The notes under the pieces were generated by a model. That model was not told where the DNA came from and searched no databases. It worked only from the letters and a program-made list of their open reading frames with translations. A stretch of DNA of 64,000 nt from Promethearchaeota archaeon (GTDB lineage Archaea > Asgardarchaeota > Lokiarchaeia > Sigyniarchaeales > SOKP01), in the NCBI GenBank assembly GCA_048937405.1, contig JBHLNF010000010.1, positions 53,338 to 117,337 of the forward strand, written 5' to 3'. Shown here in pieces: positions 30,256 to 39,700 of this stretch (its first letter is position 1; every line of letters begins with the position of its first letter). The position numbers and the translations under genes are program-made.

Positions 30256-30903
30256 TTAAGCCATCTCCTCTTTTGATAAAGGGTATTTCCGGAGAAATTT
30301 AATTAAAGATACAATTCCCATGATTATTGTTATCCCACTTATAATGCTAAATACTACTAGAACGTCAAAAGGTTCAGGTATAAAAATTGATAATAAATCT
30401 GACAAAAAGAAACTTAATCCCACCAGTAAGCCGATGATATAAAAACGAGGATGTTGGATGAAATATGCCGCAAAACATACAGGAGCTGTTATAAAGAGTA
30501 ATCCTAAAATTAATCCATCTAAATATCCTGGAAATTCTAAGCTTAATTCAGGATTAGTAAATCGGATTAAAAATAGGATTAAAAGAATAAGGAGATTTAT
30601 AGATAATACAACTAAAGTTTTTAATTTACGTCCTTTTCGTTTAATTCCAAATTTTACTATTCCTAATCTAGGTTGAGTAATCATTTTTTTTGCAGTTAAA
30701 AAAAAAGCTAACCCAATTCCAATAAAAATAATTGGAATAAATTTATCGAGAGGATTAGGCACCACAGGACTAAGAGTCATCCCCATACCAAGCCCTAGAA
30801 TTAATATACCAAAATAGATATCTAAAATTCCATCTTCAAGGGTAGATCTCCATGTTTTTTTCTCAATTTCCTTTAAATCAATCTTTTCTGTTATTTTTTT
30901 CAC
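30256..30903 (-). CDS. Hypothetical multi-TM membrane protein, tandem paralog 1 (GTG 30903 or ATA 30894 start)
   Basis: EDGILD, QPRLG, PRFY, FLRKYP. Confidence 0.85.
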   Translation of the reverse strand: MKKITEKIDLKEIEKKTWRSTLEDGILDIYFGILILGLGMGMTLSPVVPNPLDKFIPIIFIGIGLAFFLTAKKMITQPRLGIVKFGIKRKGRKLKTLVVLSINLLILLILFLIRFTNPELSLEFPGYLDGLILGLLFITAPVCFAAYFIQHPRFYIIGLLVGLSFFLSDLLSIFIPEPFDVLVVFSIISGITIIMGIVSLIKFLRKYPLSKEEMA

Positions 30904-30917
30904 CTTAATATTATATT

Positions 30918-31013
30918 TTAAGACATATTTTCTAAGAATATCATAATGTTTACTATAAAAATTGCAGAAAACACAATGATTATTATGATTCTTAAAACTA
31001 ATATCTTTTTCAT
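30918..31013 (-). CDS. Unannotated 31-aa single-TM peptide
   Basis: MKKILVLRIIIIIVFSAIFIVNIMIFLENMS, with GGAGG 8 nt before the ATG, inside the operon. Confidence 0.6.
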   Translation of the reverse strand: MKKILVLRIIIIIVFSAIFIVNIMIFLENMS

Positions 31014-31103
31014 TAATTTATCCTCCGTTGATTTATTATTTTTTATTTCTTAATTGATAACCTATTAGAAAAAAGAAAGAAATGAAATTTCTTCGAACTA
31101 ATT

Positions 31104-32783
31104 TTACTCCAATCTATTCAATTTTTTCATACCAAAATACAAAAGTGGAAGGCTCACCCCGATATTATACAGAAATAGAGGTGCTTGTATAACTAACCTC
31201 ATCATCTCTACATTTCCAGGATTAATAAATATCAATAATCCTATTGGTATAAACATTAAAGGTTGTAAAAGTAACATAGAGATCATTGTATTTCCTTTCA
31301 TACTTGAATCTTTTTCTCCGAAAGCGGGAGAAATACATTGGAGTCCCATCGCTTGACACATTGAAATCTCTGCAAACATCAAAAATTCAACAAAAAAAAT
31401 CACTGTATTGAAAAGATCTATATCAGAGAATATCGTAAGCATTGTAGTAATAAATATTGTTAAGAAGATATTAAAGATTAGCATTATAAGCAGATAAGAA
31501 TATACAATTGCTTTAATTCCCCTTGGAGATCTCTTGTAAACCCAAATTAAATCCTTTGAATCAATAAAAGCGAGATGCCCAACAATTATACTTCCTATTC
31601 CTCCTCCTATAGCTATCAATATAGTAGAACTGAAAATTGTCATAGCTTCATCCTCAACCATTCTTGAAATAAACCAACTCATAAATCCTAGAAGTCCTAC
31701 TACATAAGCAACTCTAGCAATATTCGCCTTTTTTCTGAAAAACCTTTTTAGTTGTATAACAATTAAACCTCCCCACTTACGACCAGAAATTTTTCTCACG
31801 AGCTTATAGAAGGGATTTTCATGCTCAATGATTGTAATACTGCTCTTTTCGACACCACCTTCTAAAGTATAGAAGGATTCCGCTTTTCTATATGAAAGAT
31901 ATAAGGTAATAATTGGTATCCCAACGGCTAATAACACATTAATCCATATATTCAGTATGAAAGTATTAATTAAAACGGGATCAATTGAGTACAATATAAT
32001 ATTTGAAAACCATAGAGATGGATAAAAAGCTAGCCAATTTTTTAGTTCAGGATGCTCCAATAGATAGTTAAGGAAAAACATTATCGCGTACATTATTACA
32101 ACTAAAAGAATGGTAAATACCCATATCAATGTCTTTCCTAAATCTCTTGCTTTTTCATTTTTAGAAATTTTATGTTCAATCCAGCTTCCGATGATTGATC
32201 CTATTAAATTCGCAAAATATACATGACCAAAAACTGTTCCATATATTATGAGATACTGGATCACCGTTAAATTGATAATAGGATTTATCAATCCAACGAT
32301 GATTGGGGCAATTAATAAGATTGCAATTGAATACATGGGAGCTTTACCTAAGAATTCTCCTAAAAAGATATCATTTGCCTTAACGGGGGTTGCCAATAAT
32401 ATTTCTTTGGATCCAATTTCTTCCTCCTTATATACATTATTTAACGGGTATATTACTAACACTAAAAACAGCATCATCATGATAGACTCAATGGTAATTG
32501 CAATCACCGGTTTAAATACATCGGAAAATTGTTCCGCTAAAGTTGGCATAAACAAATCAAATAGATAAGGCGCAATAACTACTGCCCATATAACTAAAAA
32601 TGAATACAATGCAATAAAAAATAATATTCGATGATTTCTGAAACTACTTGTTCTAATTCTTATCTCATTTTTAGCAATAGCTTTCCATAAACTCTTCTTT
32701 TGATGTGCAAGTCTAATAGAGTCTTCCTTCTTGATATCTGTTTCGGTTGAATCAATTAATTCTTCAGTTGTGAGTACTTTCAT
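31104..32783 (-). CDS. ABC exporter permease (two fused ABC-2-like halves)
   Basis: About 13-14 TM, LLATPV..DIFLGEF motif, directly after the ABC ATPase. Confidence 0.8.
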   Translation of the reverse strand: MKVLTTEELIDSTETDIKKEDSIRLAHQKKSLWKAIAKNEIRIRTSSFRNHRILFFIALYSFLVIWAVVIAPYLFDLFMPTLAEQFSDVFKPVIAITIESIMMMLFLVLVIYPLNNVYKEEEIGSKEILLATPVKANDIFLGEFLGKAPMYSIAILLIAPIIVGLINPIINLTVIQYLIIYGTVFGHVYFANLIGSIIGSWIEHKISKNEKARDLGKTLIWVFTILLVVIMYAIMFFLNYLLEHPELKNWLAFYPSLWFSNIILYSIDPVLINTFILNIWINVLLAVGIPIITLYLSYRKAESFYTLEGGVEKSSITIIEHENPFYKLVRKISGRKWGGLIVIQLKRFFRKKANIARVAYVVGLLGFMSWFISRMVEDEAMTIFSSTILIAIGGGIGSIIVGHLAFIDSKDLIWVYKRSPRGIKAIVYSYLLIMLIFNIFLTIFITTMLTIFSDIDLFNTVIFFVEFLMFAEISMCQAMGLQCISPAFGEKDSSMKGNTMISMLLLQPLMFIPIGLLIFINPGNVEMMRLVIQAPLFLYNIGVSLPLLYFGMKKLNRLE

Positions 32784-32790
32784 GTGAAAT

Positions 32791-33624
32791 CTACCTCAAT
32801 TTTTTATTTTTCTTGTTCTTGTCTTTTTTTATTTCATTATAATTATTATTTAGATTCTCCTCTCGCCAGCCAAGTAAATCATCTATATGGGATGCACCTG
32901 TAATTTTTAAGTATGCCTCTTCTAAATCCTTAGCTCCAACAGATTCAATTATCTCTTTTGGTGTCCCTTCAACTTTTAGTTTACCATCAACAATGATTCC
33001 TATGATATCACATAATTCTTCAGCCGTATCGAGAAGATGAGTACAAATAAAAATCGTTTTATCTGCTTTCTTAGCTAATTGAGAAATTAAATCTTTTACC
33101 ATTCTAGCTGCAGCAGGATCTAAATTTGATGTAGGCTCATCTAAAAATATTATTTCTGGATCTTGAATTAACGCAGCACATAAACAAACTTTTTGTTTCA
33201 TACCTCTTGAATAACTCTCTAAAAGATCATTTTCTCGACCCTCTAAATTAAACAACTCTATTAACTCATTTATTCGAGCGGAAATTACACTTTTTTGCAA
33301 ATAATATAATTCTCCAATAAATTCTAAGAATTCCTTAGCAGTGAGTTTCGAATATAATCCAGGTGCCTCTGGTAAAAATCCACATATCATTTTAACTTTA
33401 TGACTTTCAGTTACTATGTCATATCCTCCAACAGATGCGCTTCCTGAAGTCTTAGAAATAATAGCATTAAGCATCCTAACAGTTGTGGTTTTTCCAGCCC
33501 CGTTTGGTCCTAATAAACCATATGTTTTTCCATAGGGAATTGTTAAATCTATTTTATTGACCGCAAGAAGATTACCAAAATTCTTGGTAAGATTTTGGGT
33601 TTTTATTGCGTATGCTTTACTCAT
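32791..33624 (-). CDS. ABC transporter ATP-binding protein
   Basis: GPNGAGKTT, YSRGMKQK, IFLDEPT, H-loop. Confidence 0.95.
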   Translation of the reverse strand: MSKAYAIKTQNLTKNFGNLLAVNKIDLTIPYGKTYGLLGPNGAGKTTTVRMLNAIISKTSGSASVGGYDIVTESHKVKMICGFLPEAPGLYSKLTAKEFLEFIGELYYLQKSVISARINELIELFNLEGRENDLLESYSRGMKQKVCLCAALIQDPEIIFLDEPTSNLDPAAARMVKDLISQLAKKADKTIFICTHLLDTAEELCDIIGIIVDGKLKVEGTPKEIIESVGAKDLEEAYLKITGASHIDDLLGWREENLNNNYNEIKKDKNKKNKKLR

Positions 33625-33685
33625 ATTTTTTACCTCTTTTTTTGATTAATTTTTAATTTTATTTTTTTTGTTTTTAGATTTGAAA

Positions 33686-33958
33686 TTATAATATATAAAG
33701 AATTAAATTCATGCCCTCTGATATTATCAGACATGTAAGTAATAGCCATAATACTTTTTTATATTGAAAATTTTGATCTTGTTCAGCTTTTAACTGTTGT
33801 TTAGTTTCAAAATAAATTGCTGGCATAATTATTAGGAATATTGGAATCATATCTCGGCGATCAAAAATAACAGTATATGTAAATAAAAGAATACTTACAA
33901 TGTCCGAAATAACCAATGCAGCAATTAAACCCCTCTCAGTGATGTTTAAAGTTTTCAT
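33686..33958 (-). CDS. Small membrane protein (about 3 TM)
   Basis: 90-aa ATG ORF in operon. Confidence 0.7.
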   Translation of the reverse strand: MKTLNITERGLIAALVISDIVSILLFTYTVIFDRRDMIPIFLIIMPAIYFETKQQLKAEQDQNFQYKKVLWLLLTCLIISEGMNLILYIL

Positions 33959-33982
33959 TTTTAATACCCTTCAGACTTATTT

Positions 33983-34186
33983 TTATTTTTTGTTTAATTC
34001 TGAATTTCTTTCAATTCTTAATTTAATTAAAAAGCCTAGATTCATCGTTAATGAAATTCCTGTCAATAAACCACAAATAAAATCAATAATTGTTCCTGCT
34101 CCAGCAAATTTATCTAATAAAATAGCGATTGTTAAAGAAAACATGCCAATTGTGAGCATTGTTTCTTTATTCTTATTGAATAACAT
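33983..34186 (-). CDS. Small 2-TM protein (67 aa)
   Basis: ATG 34186 after GGTGA; DFICGLLTGISLTMN; the upstream extension in the track overlaps the previous gene. Confidence 0.7.
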   Translation of the reverse strand: MLFNKNKETMLTIGMFSLTIAILLDKFAGAGTIIDFICGLLTGISLTMNLGFLIKLRIERNSELNKK

Positions 34187-34190
34187 ACTT

Positions 34191-34436
34191 TTATTCTTCA
34201 CCATTAGATAGTTCTTTAGCATTTGTTCTCTTCTTTTTTTCTGTTTTGTGTATCCCCAGGTAGTATAAAATAAATGTAACAAAAAAAATCAGGAATGGGC
34301 CCCCTAAAAAATCGGTTCCAGTTCCATCATTTCCTACGATTATTAATATTGTCACCCATAATGTAGCAATAGCAACCAATAAAGAAATTAAAATTCCTAA
34401 TAACCAAGCCATTAACTTATCCATTTTTCTTATCAC
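34191..34436 (-). CDS. Small 2-TM protein with basic tail (likely ATG 34424)
   Basis: Two hydrophobic helices, first gene of operon. Confidence 0.7.
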   Translation of the reverse strand: MIRKMDKLMAWLLGILISLLVAIATLWVTILIIVGNDGTGTDFLGGPFLIFFVTFILYYLGIHKTEKKKRTNAKELSNGEE

Positions 34437-34584
34437 ATTTTTTTTTCTAAACCTAAATTGAACTAATTGATATATTTTAAATTTGATAACCTAAATTAGA
34501 CTAAGAGTATAAACTATGAATTTGATTTTTCTTCTCTTATCCGATAGGACTTTCTTAAGTCTCAATATTATAATAGAAAAGAAA

Positions 34585-34610
34585 ATATTTAAAGCTTTGC
34601 ATCGCAAAGT
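34585..34610 (-). promoter_or_regulatory. Putative promoter with palindromic operator for the membrane operon
   Basis: CTTTGC-ATC-GCAAAG inverted repeat (34595-34609) directly upstream of minus-strand TTTAAATA. Confidence 0.55.
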
Positions 34611-34953
34611 ACTTTATAGTCCTAATTGTTTATTTCATACGTTTATAAATTGTTTCCACTAAAATTTGTATAAGAATTAGTCAGAATCTTTAAATTCCTT
34701 ACACTTAAATTTTGTATTGAATAATTATACAAGTGTAAATATGAAATAATTTGAACTATTCCCAATATTTATTAATAAATTATAAACTTTTTAAAACATT
34801 TAAATCAGGTTAAATATAATAACACTACTCCGATGATCGATGTATTTTAATATATTTAATATATAAGTTTTTGTGTTATTTTCATATATAAAATCATAGA
34901 TAATTGAAAGTATAAATAAGGTTAAAATTGTATAATTATATTAATCCAAAGTT

Positions 34954-35877
34954 ATGAGTGATTATAGCATGGAAAGTAGTTATGTTCATAGAACAATTAG
35001 GAAAAAAGAGGATGTAGGGAGACAAGGAGAAATAAATTCATTAAAATTTACGCCTGATGGGAAATATATTGTTTGTGCCTCAAAAAACAATATTGAAATA
35101 TGGGATATTGAGTCTGGCAATCAAGTTAGAAAAATTAAAGCAACTACAGGTACTTTTAGTTGGGTTAATGATGTTGTGGTTTCACCCAATGGGCAATATA
35201 TTATTGCTGGAATAGAAAACATTAGAACACAAGTATGGGAGTTTTTATCTGGAAATTTGGTATGGGTTGCTAAAACAATTGGAGCCACTGTAAAGGTTAG
35301 GGTTTCTACTGATGGAAAATATGTTGTTGGGGTGACTGGAACCCATGGGATACGTTTATGGGAATTGGAAACAGGAGAGCTAATTGATAAATTTAAAACT
35401 CATGGTTCAAGTAGGACATTGGCTCTCTCTTCAGATAATAAGTATATAGCTTATCAGAAAGGGAAAAAAGCTATTTATATATGGGATATATCAAACAGAA
35501 TTAACATAAGGGAACTTAAAACTAAAAAAATTGGGTGGGTGTGGGACCTTGTTATAACTCCTGATATGAAATATGTTATTAGTGGTTCATGGAATAAACT
35601 TATACACGTTTGGGAATTTTCAACTGGTAATAAGATTACTACTCTTGAGGGTCATAAAAGTTCAGTATATTCTCTTGCGGTAACTCCCGATGGAAAATAT
35701 TTAGTCAGTGGCTCAGGGGATAAAACAGTAAAGATATGGGAAATATCTTCGCTTCAATTAATACATAATTTAACCGAGCATAAGGGAGGAGTTTTTGCTG
35801 TAGCAACTTCCCCTGATGGGAAATCTATTGCCAGTGGATCAACAGATCAAACTATAAAAATATGGGATCTTCCTTAG
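34954..35877 (+). CDS. WD40-repeat beta-propeller protein
   Basis: About 7 repeats, e.g. LEGHKSSVYSLAVTPDGKYLVSGSGDKTVKIWE. Confidence 0.95.
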   Translation: MSDYSMESSYVHRTIRKKEDVGRQGEINSLKFTPDGKYIVCASKNNIEIWDIESGNQVRKIKATTGTFSWVNDVVVSPNGQYIIAGIENIRTQVWEFLSGNLVWVAKTIGATVKVRVSTDGKYVVGVTGTHGIRLWELETGELIDKFKTHGSSRTLALSSDNKYIAYQKGKKAIYIWDISNRINIRELKTKKIGWVWDLVITPDMKYVISGSWNKLIHVWEFSTGNKITTLEGHKSSVYSLAVTPDGKYLVSGSGDKTVKIWEISSLQLIHNLTEHKGGVFAVATSPDGKSIASGSTDQTIKIWDLP

Positions 35878-35932
35878 AGAGGAAGATATTTTTTGAATTA
35901 GGAATAGATAATATAAAATCTACGATTAGAAT

Positions 35933-36523
35933 CTAAATTTTTCTACAAACTAATTCTCCTTTCCCAATAGGAACAACTAAAGCATCTACACGTTTATCAG
36001 CCAAGGCTTTATCTAACATCGGTTTTAACGTTTCATAATGATTAATGGCATTATCCGCAACAAGAATGCCTCCTTTAACCATATTTGGAATCAATAAGTC
36101 GTAACAATCTTCATACACTTCCTTCTCAGCATCTAAAAAACAAAATGAGATGTTATTATAATTTGGAAGGTATTCTCGAGCATCTCCTTGTATTAATTCG
36201 ATAAACTCTTCTAAATTAGTTAATTTAAAAGTTTCTCGAGCCATTTTAGCTTTTTCTTCTAAAATTTCAAATGTAATTATTTTGTTTCCAATAAGTTTGC
36301 ATGCAAGAGCTATCCACATAGTAGAATATCCTGCACTAGTCCCTATTTCTAAAAATTCTCCTTTTTGAGCACTCGCAGCCAGAAGAGATATAAATTTTCC
36401 CGTTTCGGGAGGAATTTGACGAAGTCTTTCCATCCTAGTGGTTCCATCGATTCTATCCTTAGCATCTAATTCTTCTAAATATTCCATTCGCGTCCTAATA
36501 GGTTCTGATATATTATGAAACAT
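35933..36523 (-). CDS. SAM-dependent O-methyltransferase (YrrM/CCoAOMT-like)
   Basis: [20 protein letters not shown]. Confidence 0.9.
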   Translation of the reverse strand: MFHNISEPIRTRMEYLEELDAKDRIDGTTRMERLRQIPPETGKFISLLAASAQKGEFLEIGTSAGYSTMWIALACKLIGNKIITFEILEEKAKMARETFKLTNLEEFIELIQGDAREYLPNYNNISFCFLDAEKEVYEDCYDLLIPNMVKGGILVADNAINHYETLKPMLDKALADKRVDALVVPIGKGELVCRKI

Positions 36524-36664
36524 TTTAAATCGAAAACTTTATCGTTATAATATAATTAAGACTAAATCTAATATATTGAGAATAATTCTTGTGTAATTAT
36601 TATACTAAAAGAATAGTTATTTTAATAACTTATATTAGTAATTAACTCATAAATGAGAAAGTAA

Positions 36665-38707
36665 ATGATTGAAATTAAAAAAGCAATAACAAAAGAAGAA
36701 ATTGAAAGCTACGTAAATTATATTCTGAAAAATATGAGTTTAAAAGAAAAAGTGGCACAAATGAGTGGCCATGGATTTTTTGAGGCTATATTAGTTGATA
36801 GAGGTGTCGGTAAAAGAGTATACGAAGCTGCAGGTTCAAAAAAGTATAAGATACCCCCATTGAAATTTACAGATGGTCCTCGTGGAGTTATTATTCCAGG
36901 TTCTACTTGTTTTCCTGTTTCTATGGCTCGCGCTGCAACTTGGGATGTAGAATTAGAAGAAAAAATTGGTGATGTCATTGGAAAAGAAGTACGAGCTCAT
37001 GGAGGAAATCTTTTTGGAGGTGTTTGTATTAATTTATTACGTCATCCGGCATGGGGTAGAGCTCAAGAAACTTATGGCGAGGATCCATTTTTACTTGGCG
37101 AATTTGGCAGTGCTTTAACTCGGGGTGTCCAAAAACATAATGTTATGGCAACCGCCAAGCATTTTGCTGCAAATAGTATTGAAAAAGCCCGTTTTAAAAT
37201 AAACGTGAAAATGAATGAGAGAACTTTACGTGAAGTTTACCTTCCTCATTTCAGACGATGTGTTGAGGAAGGATGTGCTACCATAATGAGTGCATATAAT
37301 AAATTACGTGGTAAGTATTGTGGGCAAAATGATTATTTATTGCGTGAAATATTAAAGAAAGAGTGGAATTTTAAAGGGATTGTCCATTCTGATTGGATGT
37401 ATGGAGTAAAAGACACCGTAGGCGGAATAACTGGAGGATTAGATGTTGAAATGCCTCGTCCAAAATATTATAAATATAGAAAGATACAAAAAGCCCTTCA
37501 AGAAGGTAAAATTTCTGAAGTTATGATTAATGAGGCTGCTGGAAGAGTTATGCGAACGATTCTTGAATTTATCACTAAAGAGGATCCTCAAGATTATGAT
37601 AAGAGCTTACTAGGTTGTTTAAATCATCGTAAGGTAGCATTAGAAGCTGCTGAAAAGAGTATGGTACTTCTAAAAAATGAGAGAGATACCTTACCATTAA
37701 CCAAAAATAAAATTAGCACTATGCTAATATTGGGAGAATATGCAAATGTTAAAAATACAGGAGATCATGGGAGTAGTAATGTAGCAGTCAAAAATGTAGT
37801 TACTCCTTTGAAAGGTATCCAGTACCATGTAGGAAATGAAATTAAGATTGTATATGATAAGGGTGAAGATCCTAAAAGAGCTAAAAATTTGGCTAAAAAA
37901 GCTGATGCAATAGTAATTATTGTTGGATTAAATTATAAGGATGAGGGAGAATATATCAGAGAATTTGGAACTGGTGGTGATCGAGATAAATTATCATTAC
38001 ATGATAAGGATATTGCACTTATTAAAGAAGTTGCAAAGGAAAATAACAATTGTGTTGTAGTTTTAATTGGAGGTAGTGCAATCACTATGGAAGAATGGAA
38101 AGATGATGTACCATCCATATTAGTAACTTGGTATTCAGGTGTAGAAGGAGGAAATGCTCTTGCAAAAATATTATTCGGTGATATTAATCCAAGTGGAAAA
38201 TTACCTTTTACCATTCCTAAAGACCCGAATGATTTGCCTTTTTTCGATAAAAATGCTGATGAAATTGAATATGGATATTATCATGGTTATACACTTTTTG
38301 ATAAAAAGGGATATGAGCCAGCATTTCCTTTTGGATATGGGTTAAGCTATACGACATATCATTATAGTAATTTAAATGTTGATGTTGAGGATGATAAAAT
38401 CATTGCTAGTGTTGATGTAAAAAATACTGGAAAAGTTGCGGGCACTGAAGTTGTTCAATTATATATAGGATTCGAAAATTCTAATATCGATCGCCCTATA
38501 AAGCTTTTAAAAGGTTTCAAACGTATTCAACTGCTACCAAATGAATTGAAAAATGTAAGATTTGAATTTGTAATAAAAAATCTAGCTTGGTATAACCCAG
38601 AATCAAAATCTTGGGAGATTGAAAAAATTAATTATGGTATTTTTGTGGGATCATCATCAAAAAAAGAAGATCTTTTATCTATTCAATTCAATTTAAATAA
38701 AAAGTAA
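36665..38707 (+). CDS. Glycoside hydrolase family 3 (beta-glucosidase-like) with Fn3-like C-terminus
   Basis: DGPRG, GRAQETYGEDP, KHF, MSAYN, SDW nucleophile, FPFGYGLSYT. Confidence 0.95.
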   Translation: MIEIKKAITKEEIESYVNYILKNMSLKEKVAQMSGHGFFEAILVDRGVGKRVYEAAGSKKYKIPPLKFTDGPRGVIIPGSTCFPVSMARAATWDVELEEKIGDVIGKEVRAHGGNLFGGVCINLLRHPAWGRAQETYGEDPFLLGEFGSALTRGVQKHNVMATAKHFAANSIEKARFKINVKMNERTLREVYLPHFRRCVEEGCATIMSAYNKLRGKYCGQNDYLLREILKKEWNFKGIVHSDWMYGVKDTVGGITGGLDVEMPRPKYYKYRKIQKALQEGKISEVMINEAAGRVMRTILEFITKEDPQDYDKSLLGCLNHRKVALEAAEKSMVLLKNERDTLPLTKNKISTMLILGEYANVKNTGDHGSSNVAVKNVVTPLKGIQYHVGNEIKIVYDKGEDPKRAKNLAKKADAIVIIVGLNYKDEGEYIREFGTGGDRDKLSLHDKDIALIKEVAKENNNCVVVLIGGSAITMEEWKDDVPSILVTWYSGVEGGNALAKILFGDINPSGKLPFTIPKDPNDLPFFDKNADEIEYGYYHGYTLFDKKGYEPAFPFGYGLSYTTYHYSNLNVDVEDDKIIASVDVKNTGKVAGTEVVQLYIGFENSNIDRPIKLLKGFKRIQLLPNELKNVRFEFVIKNLAWYNPESKSWEIEKINYGIFVGSSSKKEDLLSIQFNLNKK

Positions 38708-39044
38708 ATAAATTTACCAATTATATTTTTAAAATACTTTATCTTTCTCCAAATTCTAAAGATTTATATAATGTTGATATAAAAAGGAATTATTGACAAC
38801 AAGTAATTCTGCATGACTTGCCCCAAATATTCTGTTTTTATGAAACTAAGGAAAAACGCGTGATCTGCTACTAGAGAAGTCAGATATTAAATTTGAGAAA
38901 TTTAATTAGTAAATTTGATATTTTCTTTATAAAAATTCCAAAAATAGAGAAATGTAAAGCTTTTTCAAAACTAAAATTTTAAATTTAAGAAGTTTATCAT
39001 GCATTCATTAAATGTAACCATTTTAATTTTAACTTGGAATTTTT

Positions 39045-39599
39045 ATGAGAACCTCTCACGATTTTTTATTTAAGGTTTCTGTCATAGGAGATGGGAGAGT
39101 AGGAAAGACTTCTTTAATAAAAAGATTTACGAAAGGCAATTTTGATACTAATTATGCAATTACAATTGGTGCTCAATTTTCTGAATATAAACAGGCGATT
39201 GAGGGAGATAAAATCACTCTATTTTTTTGGGATATCGCAGGACAAGATAGTTTTCATTTTGTACGTCCATCATTTTATGTCAAAAGTCATGCAGCTATAA
39301 TTGTGTATAGTTTAGAAGCAAATAAACTTGGAAAACAAAGTTACCGAAATATTTTAAATTGGTATCGAGAAGTAAAACAATTTTGTGGAGATATTCCTAT
39401 TGTTCTTTTTGCAAATAAAGCAGATTTAATTAAAGAAAAAAATTTAAATAAGGCAAAAATCCAAAATGTAATCGATACTTTAGATTTATGGAACTATTAT
39501 ATTACATCAGCTAAATCAGGGAAAGGAGTTCGTCATGCTTTTAATAGTCTAATAGAGAATTTATATCATCAATATATCTTATTAGCCACAAATCATTAA
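39045..39599 (+). CDS. Rab-like small GTPase
   Basis: GDGRVGKT, TIG, WDIAGQDSF, NKAD, SAK. Confidence 0.93.
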   Translation: MRTSHDFLFKVSVIGDGRVGKTSLIKRFTKGNFDTNYAITIGAQFSEYKQAIEGDKITLFFWDIAGQDSFHFVRPSFYVKSHAAIIVYSLEANKLGKQSYRNILNWYREVKQFCGDIPIVLFANKADLIKEKNLNKAKIQNVIDTLDLWNYYITSAKSGKGVRHAFNSLIENLYHQYILLATNH

Positions 39600-39700
39600 G
39601 CTATTACCCAAAAAAAAATAAGTTCTTGTGCATAATGATTAATATCTTTAATGAAATAATAATAATTTTAATCTTAATTTAAAAAATAGTAGAGTTTTAT

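Noticed and set aside
27216-34211. Plus-strand ORFs opposite the phosphatase and membrane operon genes
   Set aside because: Antisense shadows with no motifs or RBS
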